From Eledone cirrhosa (taxonomy: Eukaryota), in the NCBI GenBank assembly GCA_964016885.1, contig OZ024745.1, forward strand, positions 3,782,001 through 3,846,000: 64,000 nt of DNA. The letters run 5' to 3'. The translations under genes and the position numbers were made by a program. The notes below the pieces were generated by a model. The model did not search any database and had not been told where the DNA came from. It saw nothing but the letters and a program-made list of their open reading frames with translations. Positions 53,201 to 64,000 of the stretch are shown here, one piece after another (position 1 is the stretch's first letter; the number at the start of each line of letters is the position of its first letter).

Positions 53201-56200
53201 GGATGGGGCCGGAGAATGGTAGGTTATAGTTGCAGGATGGGGTCAGAGAATGGTAGGTTATAGTTGCAGGATGGGACCGGAGAATGGTAGGTTATAGTTG
53301 CAGGATGGGGTCACAGAGAATGGTAGGTTATAGTTGCAGGATGGGGCCACAGAGAATGGTAGGTTATAGTTGCAGGATGGGGCCACAGAGAATGGTAGGT
53401 TATAGTTGCAGGATGGGACCGGAGAATGGTAGGTTATAGTTGCAGGATGGGGCCACAGAGAATGGTAGGTTATAGTTGCAGGATGGGGCCACAGAGAATG
53501 GTAGGTTATAGTTGCAGGATGGGGCCACAGAGAATGGTAGGTTATAGTTGCAGGATGGGGCCACAGAGAATGGTAGGTTATAGTTGCAGGATGGGGTCAC
53601 AGAGAATGGTAGGTTATAGTTGCAGGATGGGGCCACAGAGAATGGTAGGTTATAGTTGCAGGATGGGGTCACAGAGAATGGTAGGTTATAGTTGCAGGAT
53701 GGGGCCACAGAGAATGGTAGGTTATAGTTGCAGGATGGGGCCACAGAGAATGGTAGGTTATAGTTGCAGGATGGGGCCACAGAGAATGGTAGGTTATAGT
53801 TGCAGGATGGGGCCGGAGAATGGTAGGTTATAGTTGCAGGATGGGGCCACAGAGAATGGTAGGTTATAGTTGCAGGATGGGGTCACAGAGAATGGTAGGT
53901 TATAGTTGCAGGATGGGGTCACAGAGAATGGTAGGTTATAGTTGCAGGATGGGGCCACAGAGAATGGTAGGTTATAGTTGCAGGATGGGGCCACAGAGAA
54001 TGGTAGGTTATAGTTGCAGGATGGGGTCAGAGAGAATGGTAGGTTATAGTTGCAGGATGGGGCCACAGAGAATGGTAGGTTATAGTTGCAGGATGGGGCC
54101 ACAGAGAATGGTAGGTTATAGTTGCAGGATGGGGTCACAGAGAATGGTAGGTTATAGTTGCAGGATGGGGCCACAGAGAATGGTAGGTTATAGTTGCAGG
54201 ATGGGGCCACAGAGAATGGTAGGTTATAGTTGCAGGATGGGGTCAGAGAGAATGGTAGGTTATAGTTGCAGGATGGGGCCACAGAGAATGGTAGGTTATA
54301 GTTGCAGGATGGGGCCACAGAGAATGGTAGGTTATAGTTGCAGGATGGGGTCAGAGAGAATGGTAGGTTATAGTTGCAGGATGGGGCCACAGAGAATGGT
54401 AGGTTATAGTTGCAGGATGGGGCCACAGAGAATGGTAGGTTATAGTTGCAGGATGGGGCCACAGAGAATGGTAGGTTATAGTTGCAGGATGGGGCCACAG
54501 AGAATGGTAGGTTATAGTTGCAGGATGGGGTCAGAGAGAATGGTAGGTTATAGTTGCAGGATGGGGCCACAGAGAATGGTAGGTTATAGTTGCAGGATGG
54601 GGCCACAGAGAATGGTAGGTTATAGTTGCAGGATGGGGCCACAGAGAATGGTAGGTTATAGTTGCAGGATGGGGCCACAGAGAATGGTAGGTTATAGTTG
54701 CAGGATGGGGTCAGAGAGAATGGTAGGTTATAGTTGCAGGATGGGGCCACAGAGAATGGTAGGTTATAGTTGCAGGATGGGGCCACAGAGAATGGTAGGT
54801 TATAGTTGCAGGATGGGGCCACAGAGAATGGTAGGTTATAGTTGCAGGATGGGGCCACAGAGAATGGTAGGTTATAGTTGCAGGATGGGGTCAGAGAGAA
54901 TGGTAGGTTATAGTTGCAGGATGGGGCCACAGAGAATGGTAGGTTATAGTTGCAGGATGGGGCCACAGAGAATGGTAGGTTATAGTTGCAGGATGGGGCC
55001 ACAGAGAATGGTAGGTTATAGTTGCAGGATGGGGCCGGAGAATGGTAGGTTATAGTTGCAGGATGGGGCCACAGAGAATGGTAGGTTATAGTTGCAGGAT
55101 GGGGTCACAGAGAATGGTAGGTTATAGTTGCAGGATGGGGTCACAGAGAGTGGTAGGTTATAGTTGCAGGATGGGGTCAGAGAATGGTAGGTTATAGTTG
55201 CAGGATGGGGTCAGAGAATGGTAGGTTATAGTTGCAGGATGGGGCCACAGAGAATGGTAGGTTATAGTTGCAGGATGGGGCCACAGAGAATGGTAGGTTA
55301 TAGTTGCAGGATGGGGTCAGAGAGAATGGTAGGTTATAGTTGCAGGATGGGGCCACAGAGAATGGTAGGTTATAGTTGCAGGATGGGGCCACAGAGAATG
55401 GTAGGTTATAGTTGCAGGATGGGGCCACAGAGAATGGTAGGTTATAGTTGCAGGATGGGGCCACAGAGAATGGTAGGTTATAGTTGCAGGATGGGGTCAG
55501 AGAGAATGGTAGGTTATAGTTGCAGGATGGGGCCACAGAGAATGGTAGGTTATAGTTGCAGGATGGGGCCACAGAGAATGGTAGGTTATAGTTGCAGGAT
55601 GGGGCCACAGAGAATGGTAGGTTATAGTTGCAGGATGGGGCCACAGAGAATGGTAGGTTATAGTTGCAGGATGGGGTCAGAGAGAATGGTAGGTTATAGT
55701 TGCAGGATGGGGCCACAGAGAATGGTAGGTTATAGTTGCAGGATGGGGCCACAGAGAATGGTAGGTTATAGTTGCAGGATGGGGCCACAGAGAATGGTAG
55801 GTTATAGTTGCAGGATGGGGCCGGAGAATGGTAGGTTATAGTTGCAGGATGGGGCCACAGAGAATGGTAGGTTATAGTTGCAGGATGGGGTCACAGAGAA
55901 TGGTAGGTTATAGTTGCAGGATGGGGTCACAGAGAGTGGTAGGTTATAGTTGCAGGATGGGGTCAGAGAATGGTAGGTTATAGTTGCAGGATGGGGTCAG
56001 AGAATGGTAGGTTATAGTTGCAGGATGGGGCCACAGAGAGTGGTAGGTTATAGTTGCAGGATGGGGTCAGAGAATGGTAGGTTATAGTTGCAGGATGGGG
56101 TCAGAGAATGGTAGGTTATAGTTGCAGGATGGGGTCAGAGAATGGTAGGTTATAGTTGCAGGATGAGGTCAGAGAATGGTAGGTTATAGTTGCAGGATGG

Positions 56201-59200
56201 GGCCGGAGAATGATAGGTTATAGTTGCAGGATGGGGCCACAGAGAATGGTAGGTTATAGTTGCAGGATGGGGTCACAGAGAATGGTAGGTTATAGTTGCA
56301 GGATGGGGTCACAGAGAGTGGTAGGTTATAGTTGCAGGATGGGGTCAGAGAATGGTAGGTTATAGTTGCAGGATGGGGTCAGAGAATGGTAGGTTATAGT
56401 TGCAGGATGGGGCCACAGAGAGTGGTAGGTTATAGTTGCAGGATGGGGTCAGAGAATGGTAGGTTATAGTTGCAGGATGGGGTCAGAGAATGGTAGGTTA
56501 TAGTTGCAGGATGGGGCCACAGAGAGTGGTAGGTTATAGTTGCAGGATGGGGCCACAGAGAGTGGTAGGTTATAGTTGCAGGATGGGGTCAGAGAATGGT
56601 AGGTTATAGTTGCAGGATGGGGTCACAGAGAGTGGTAGGTTATAGTTGCAGGATGGGGTCAGAGAATGGTAGGTTATAGTTGCAGGATGGGGTCAGAGAA
56701 TGGTAGGTTATAGTTGCAGGATGGGGCCACAGAGAATGGTAGGTTATAGTTGCAGGATGGGGCCACAGAGAATGGTAGGTTATAGTTGCAGGATGGGGCC
56801 GGAGAATGGTAGGTTATAGTTGCAGGATGGGGCCGGAGAATGGTAGGTTATAGTTGCAGGATGGGGCCACAGAGAATGGTAGGTTATAGTTGCAGGATGG
56901 GGCCACAGAGAATGGTAGGTTATAGTTGCAGGATGGGGCCACAGAGAATGGTAGGTTATAGTTGCAGGATGGGACCTGAGAATGGTAGGTTATAGTTGCA
57001 GGATGGGGCCACAGAGAATGGTAGGTTATAGTTGCAGGATGGGGCCGGAGAATGGTAGGTTATAGTTGCAGGATGGGGCCGGAGAATGGTAGGTTATAGT
57101 TGCAGGATGGGGCCACAGAGAATGGTAGGTTATAGTTGCAGGATGGGGCCACAGAGAATGGTAGGTTATAGTTGCAGGATGGGGCCACAGAGAATGGTAG
57201 GTTATAGTTGCAGGATGGGGCCACAGAGAATGGTAGGTTATAGTTGCAGGATGGGGCCACAGAGAATGGTAGGTTATAGTTGCAGGATGGGGCCGGAGAA
57301 TGGTAGGTTATAGTTGCAGGATGGGGCCGGAGAATGGTAGGTTATAGTTGCAGGATGGGGCCACAGAGAATGGTAGGTTATAGTTGCAGGATGGGGCCAC
57401 AGAGAATGGTAGGTTATAGTTGCAGGATGGGGCCACAGAGAATGGTAGGTTATAGTTGCAGGATGGGGCCACAGAGAATGGTAGGTTATAGTTGCAGGAT
57501 GGGGCCACAGAGAATGGTAGGTTATAGTTGCAGGATGGGGCCGGAGAATGGTAGGTTATAGTTGCAGGATGGGGCCGGAGAATGGTAGGTTATAGTTGCA
57601 GGATGGGGCCACAGAGAATGGTAGGTTATAGTTGCAGGATGGGGCCACAGAGAATGGTAGGTTATAGTTGCAGGATGGGGCCGGAGAATGGTAGGTTATA
57701 GTTGCAGGATGGGGCCGGAGAATGGTAGGTTATAGTTGCAGGATGGGGCCGGAGAATGGTAGGTTATAGTTGCAGGATGGGGCCGGAGAATGGTAGGTTA
57801 TAGTTGCAGGATGGGGCCACAGAGAATGGTAGGTTATAGTTGCAGGATGGGGCCACAGAGAATGGTAGGTTATAGTTGCAGGATGGGGCCACAGAGAATG
57901 GTAGGTTATAGTTGCAGGATGGGGCCACAGAGAATGGTAGGTTATAGTTGCAGGATGGGGCCACAGAGAATGGTAGGTTATAGTTGCAGGATGGGGCCAC
58001 AGAGAATGGTAGGTTATAGTTGCAGGATGGGGCCACAGAGAATGGTAGGTTATAGTTGCAGGATGGGGCCACAGAGAATGGTAGGTTATAGTTGCAGGAT
58101 GGGGCCACAGAGAATGGTAGGTTATAGTTGCAGGATGGGGCCGGAGAATGGTAGGTTATAGTTGCAGGATGGGGCCGGAGAATGGTTGGTTATAGTTGCA
58201 GGATGGGGCCACAGAGAATGGTAGGTTATAGTTGCAGGATGGGGCCACAGAGAATGGTAGGTTATAGTTGCAGGATGGGGTCACAGAGAATGGTAGGTTA
58301 TAGTTGCAGGATGGGGCCGGAGAATGGTAGGTTATAGTTGCAGGATGGGGCCGGAGAATGGTAGGTTATAGTTGCAGGATGGGACCACAGAGAATGGTAG
58401 GTTATAGTTGCAGGATGGGGTCACAGAGAATGGTAGGTTATAGTTGCAGGATGGGGCCGGAGAATGGTAGGTTATAGTTGCAGGATGGGGCCACAGAGAA
58501 TGGTAGGTTATAGTTGCAGGATGGGGCCGGAGAATGGTAGGTTATAGTTGCAGGATGGGGCCGGAGAATGGTAGGTTATAGTTGCAGGATGGGGTCACAG
58601 AGAATGGTAGGTTATAGTTGCAGGATGGGGCCGGAGAATGGTAGGTTATAGTTGCAGGATGGGGCCGGAGAATTGTAGGTTATAGTTGCAGGATGGGGCC
58701 GGAGAATGGTAGGTTATAGTTGCAGGATGGGGCCGGAGAATTGTAGGTTATAGTTGCAGGATGGGGCCGGAGAATGGTAGGTTATAGTTGCAGGATGGGG
58801 TCACAGAGAATGGTAGGTTATAGTTGCAGGATGGGGCCGGAGAATTGTAGGTTATAGTTGCAGGATGGGGCCGGAGAATGGTAGGTTATAGTTGCAGGAT
58901 GGGGCCGGAGAATTGTAGGTTATAGTTGCAGGATGGGGCCGGAGAATGGTAGGTTATAGTTGCAGGATGGGGCCACAGAGAATGGTAGGTTATAGTTGCA
59001 GGATGGGGTCACAGAGAATGGTAGGTTATAGTTGCAGGATGGGGCCGGAGAATGGTAGGTTATAGTTGCAGGATGGGGCCACAGAGAATGGTAGGTTATA
59101 GTTGCAGGATGGGACCTGAGAATGGTAGGTTATAGTTGCAGGATGGGGCCGGAGAATGGTAGGTTATAGTTGCAGGATGGGGCCACAGAGAATGGTAGGT

Positions 59201-62200
59201 TATAGTTGCAGGATGGGGCCACAGAGAATGGTAGGTTATAGTTGCAGGATGGGGCCGGAGAATGGTAGGTTATAGTTGCAGGATGGGGCCACAGAGAATG
59301 GTAGGTTATAGTTGCAGGATGGGGCCGGAGAATGGTAGGTTATAGTTGCAGGATGGGGCCACAGAGAATGGTAGGTTATAGTTGCAGGATGGGGCCGGAG
59401 AATGGTAGGTTATAGTTGCAGGATGGGGTCACAGAGAATGGTAGGTTATAGTTGCAGGATGGGGCCGGAGAATGGTAGGTTATAGTTGCAGGATGGGGTC
59501 ACAGAGAATGGTAGGTTATAGTTGCAGGATGGGACCTGAGAATGGTAGGTTATAGTTGCAGGATGGGGCCGGAGAATGGTAGGTTATAGTTGCAGGATGG
59601 GGTCACAGAGAATGGTAGGTTATAGTTGCAGGATGGGGCCACAGAGAATGGTAGGTTATAGTTGCAGGATGGGGCCACAGAGAATGGTAGGTTATAGTTG
59701 CAGGATGGGGCCGGAGAATGGTAGGTTATAGTTGCAGGATGGGGCCGGAGAATGGTAGGTTATAGTTGCAGGATGGGGTCACAGAGAATGGTAGGTTATA
59801 GTTGCAGGATGGGACCTGAGAATGGTAGGTTATAGTTGCAGGATGGGGCCGGAGAATGGTAGGTTATAGTTGCAGGATGGGGTCACAGAGAATGGTAGGT
59901 TATAGTTGCAGGATGGGACCTGAGAATGGTAGGTTATAGTTGCAGGATGGGGCCGGAGAATGGTAGGTTATAGTTGCAGGATGGGGTCACAGAGAATGGT
60001 AGGTTATAGTTGCAGGATGGGGCCGGAGAATGGTAGGTTATAGTTGCAGGATGGGGTCACAGAGAATGGTAGGTTATAGTTGCAGGATGGGACCTGAGAA
60101 TGGTAGGTTATAGTTGCAGGATGGGGCCGGAGAATGGTAGGTTATAGTTGCAGGATGGGGTCACAGAGAATGGTAGGTTATAGTTGCAGGATGGGACCTG
60201 AGAATGGTAGGTTATAGTTGCAGGATGGGGCCGGAGAATGGTAGGTTATAGTTGCAGGATGGGGTCACAGAGAATGGTAGGTTATAGTTGCAGGATGGGG
60301 CCGGAGAATGGTAGGTTATAGTTGCAGGATGGGACCGGAGAATGGTAGGTTATAGTTGCAGGATGGGGTCACAGAGAATGGTAGGTTATAGTTGCAGGAT
60401 GGGACCTGAGAATGGTAGGTTATAGTTGCAGGATGGGGCCGGAGAATGGTAGGTTATAGTTGCAGGATGGGGTCACAGAGAATGGTAGGTTATAGTTGCA
60501 GGATGGGACCTGAGAATGGTAGGTTATAGTTGCAGGATGGGGCCGGAGAATGGTAGGTTATAGTTGCAGGATGGGGCCGGAGAATGGTAGGTTATAGTTG
60601 CAGGATGGGGTCACAGAGAATGGTAGGTTATAGTTGCAGGATGGGACCTGAGAATGGTAGGTTATAGTTGCAGGATGGGGCCGGAGAATGGTAGGTTATA
60701 GTTGCAGGATGGGGCCGGAGAATGGTAGGTTATAGTTGCAGGATGGGGCCGGAGAATGGTAGGTTATAGTTGCAGGATGGGGCCGGAGAATGGTAGGTTA
60801 TAGTTGCAGGATGGGGCCGGAGAATGGTAGGTTATAGTTGCAGGATGGGGCCGGAGAATGGTAGGTTATAGTTGCAGGATGGGACCGGAGAATGGTAGGT
60901 TATAGTTGCAGGATGGGGTCACAGAGAATGGTAGGTTATAGTTGCAGGATGGGACCTGAGAATGGTAGGTTATAGTTGCAGGATGGGGCCGGAGAATGGT
61001 AGGTTATAGTTGCAGGATGGGGTCACAGAGAATGGTAGGTTATAGTTGCAGGATGGGACCTGAGAATGGTAGGTTATAGTTGCAGGATGGGGCCGGAGAA
61101 TGGTAGGTTATAGTTGCAGGATGGGGCCGGAGAATGGTAGGTTATAGTTGCAGGATGGGGTCACAGAGAATGGTAGGTTATAGTTGCAGGATGGGACCTG
61201 AGAATGGTAGGTTATAGTTGCAGGATGGGGCCGGAGAATGGTAGGTTATAGTTGCAGGATGGGGCCGGAGAATGGTAGGTTATAGTTGCAGGATGGGGCC
61301 GGAGAATGGTAGGTTATAGTTGCAGGATGGGGTCACAGAGAATGGTAGGTTATAGTTGCAGGATGGGGCCGGAGAATGGTAGGTTATAGTTGCAGGATGG
61401 GACCGGAGAATGGTAGGTTATAGTTGCAGGATGGGGTCACAGAGAATGGTAGGTTATAGTTGCAGGATGGGGCCGGAGAATGGTAGGTTATAGTTGCAGG
61501 ATGGGGTCACAGAGAATGGTAGGTTATAGTTGCAGGATGGGACCTGAGAATGGTAGGTTATAGTTGCAGGATGGGGCCGGAGAATGGTAGGTTATAGTTG
61601 CAGGATGGGGCCGGAGAATGGTAGGTTATAGTTGCAGGATGGGGTCACAGAGAATGGTAGGTTATAGTTGCAGGATGGGACCTGAGAATGGTAGGTTATA
61701 GTTGCAGGATGGGGCCGGAGAATGGTAGGTTATAGTTGCAGGATGGGGCCGGAGAATGGTAGGTTATAGTTGCAGGATGGGGCCGGAGAATGGTAGGTTA
61801 TAGTTGCAGGATGGGGTCACAGAGAATGGTAGGTTATAGTTGCAGGATGGGGCCGGAGAATGGTAGGTTATAGTTGCAGGATGGGACCGGAGAATGGTAG
61901 GTTATAGTTGCAGGATGGGGTCACAGAGAATGGTAGGTTATAGTTGCAGGATGGGGTCACAGAGAATGGTAGGTTATAGTTGCAGGATGGGACCGGAGAA
62001 TGGTAGGTTATAGTTGCAGGATGGGGTCACAGAGAATGGTAGGTTATAGTTGCAGGATGGGGCCACAGAGAATGGTAGGTTATAGTTGCAGGATGGGGCC
62101 ACAGAGAATGGTAGGTTATAGTTGCAGGATGGGGTCAGAGAGAATGGTAGGTTATAGTTGCAGGATGGGGTCACAGAGAATGGTAGGTTATAGTTGCAGG

Positions 62201-64000
62201 ATGGGGCCGGAGAATGGTAGGTTATAGTTGCAGGATGGGGCCACAGAGAATGGTAGGTTATAGTTGCAGGATGGGGCCACAGAGAATGGTAGGTTATAGT
62301 TGCAGGATGGGGTCAGAGAGAATGGTAGGTTATAGTTGCAGGATGGGGCCGGAGAATGGTAGGTTATAGTTGCAGGATGGGGCCGGAGAATGGTAGGTTA
62401 TAGTTGCAGGATGGGGCCACAGAGAATGGTAGGTTATAGTTGCAGGATGGGGCCGGAGAATGGTAGGTTATAGTTGCAGGATGGGGCCACAGAGAATGGT
62501 AGGTTATAGTTGCAGGATGGGGCCACAGAGAATGGTAGGTTATAGTTGCAGGATGGGGCCACAGAGAATGGTAGGTTATAGTTGCAGGATGGGGTCACAG
62601 AGAATGGTAGGTTATAGTTGCAGGATGGGGCCGGAGAATGGTAGGTTATAGTTGCAGGATGGGGCCACAGAGAATGGTAGGTTATAGTTGCAGGATGGGG
62701 CCGGAGAATGGTAGGTTATAGTTGCAGGATGGGGCCACAGAGAATGGTAGGTTATAGTTGCAGGATGGGGCCACAGAGAATGGTAGGTTATAGTTGCAGG
62801 ATGGGGTCACAGAGAATGGTAGGTTATAGTTGCAGGATGGGGCCGGAGAATGGTAGGTTATAGTTGCAGGATGGGGCCACAGAGAATGGTAGGTTATAGT
62901 TGCAGGATGGGGCCACAGAGAATGGTAGGTTATAGTTGCAGGATGGGGTCACAGAGAATGGTAGGTTATAGTTGCAGGATGGGGCCGGAGAATGGTAGGT
63001 TATAGTTGCAGGATGGGGCCACAGAGAATGGTAGGTTATAGTTGCAGGATGGGGCCACAGAGAATGGTAGGTTATAGTTGCAGGATGGGGTCAGAGAGAA
63101 TGGTAGGTTATAGTTGCAGGATGGGGCCGGAGAATGGTAGGTTATAGTTGCAGGATGGGGCCACAGAGAATGGTAGGTTATAGTTGCAGGATGGGGCCAC
63201 AGAGAATGGTAGGTTATAGTTGCAGGATGGGGTCACAGAGAATGGTAGGTTATAGTTGCAGGATGGGGCCGGAGAATGGTAGGTTATAGTTGCAGGATGG
63301 GGCCACAGAGAATGGTAGGTTATAGTTGCAGGATGGGGCCACAGAGAATGGTAGGTTATAGTTGCAGGATGGGGTCACAGAGAATGGTAGGTTATAGTTG
63401 CAGGATGGGGCCGGAGAATGGTAGGTTATAGTTGCAGGATGGGGCCACAGAGAATGGTAGGTTATAGTTGCAGGATGGGGCCACAGAGAATGGTAGGTTA
63501 TAGTTGCAGGATGGGGTCACAGAGAATGGTAGGTTATAGTTGCAGGATGGGGCCGGAGAATGGTAGGTTATAGTTGCAGGATGGGGCCACAGAGAATGGT
63601 AGGTTATAGTTGCAGGATGGGGCCACAGAGAATGGTAGGTTATAGTTGCAGGATGGGGTCACAGAGAATGGTAGGTTATAGTTGCAGGATGGGGCCGGAG
63701 AATGGTAGGTTATAGTTGCAGGATGGGGCCACAGAGAATGGTAGGTTATAGTTGCAGGATGGGGCCACAGAGAATGGTAGGTTATAGTTGCAGGATGGGG
63801 TCAGAGAGAATGGTAGGTTATAGTTGCAGGATGGGGCCGGAGAATGGTAGGTTATAGTTGCAGGATGGGGCCACAGAGAATGGTAGGTTATAGTTGCAGG
63901 ATGGGGCCACAGAGAATGGTAGGTTATAGTTGCAGGATGGGGTCACAGAGAATGGTAGGTTATAGTTGCAGGATGGGGCCGGAGAATGGTAGGTTATAGT
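23172..64000. repeat. 36/34-bp satellite array, >40 kb, roughly 1100-1200 monomers, open at the window end
   Basis: Monomer TATAGTTGCAGGATGGGG(C/T)CACAGAGAATGGTAGGT, with 34-bp variants ..GGGGCCGGAGAAT.., ..GGGACCTGAGAAT.. and ..GGGGTCAGAGAAT.. All copies seen share one orientation. Confidence 0.99.
44969..45168. other. Assembly gap (200 N) inside the satellite
   Basis: Run of exactly 200 N, probably a placeholder length. Confidence 0.99.

Noticed and set aside
23073-62651. Dozens of MVGYSCRMGPQR / MAPSCNYNLPFS repeat ORFs as a repetitive protein gene
   Set aside because: They arise from a 36-bp stop-free frame that is broken at random by 34-bp variants, and they are open on both strands, with no sign of frame conservation.
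23172-64000. CRISPR-like array (36-bp repeats)
   Set aside because: Repeats are head-to-tail with no unique spacers, there are no cas genes, and the context is eukaryotic.
23172-64000. Telomeric or G-quadruplex function of the G-rich strand
   Set aside because: No TTAGGG units and only one run of 3 or more G per monomer. No support from sequence alone.

Overview
Repeat-rich eukaryotic DNA with no confidently identifiable host gene. The dispersed SINE and RTE families resemble those I recall from Octopus/cephalopod genomes (inference, not searched). The first 23 kb contain three tandem arrays (56-bp, ~26-bp AG-rich, 26-bp), many decayed SINE copies, several RTE-type LINE fragments, a putative hAT MITE and a degenerate Ty3/Gypsy LTR retrotransposon (11561-15558). 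In that element most of gag, the PBS and half of the 5' LTR are replaced by a fold-back insertion templated from its own sequence. It still retains a -1 frameshift heptamer and a predicted pseudoknot. From 23172 to the window end lies a >40-kb 36/34-bp satellite containing a 200-N gap. The main observation is that this satellite continues in frame from a decayed LINE reverse-transcriptase ORF, and its monomer looks like the LINE 'LYGCETWPLR' motif, so the array appears to have arisen in place from a LINE. A second TE-to-tandem-repeat case is a 48-bp unit amplified independently inside copies of one SINE-like family. Almost all long ORFs in the track are repeat artefacts.
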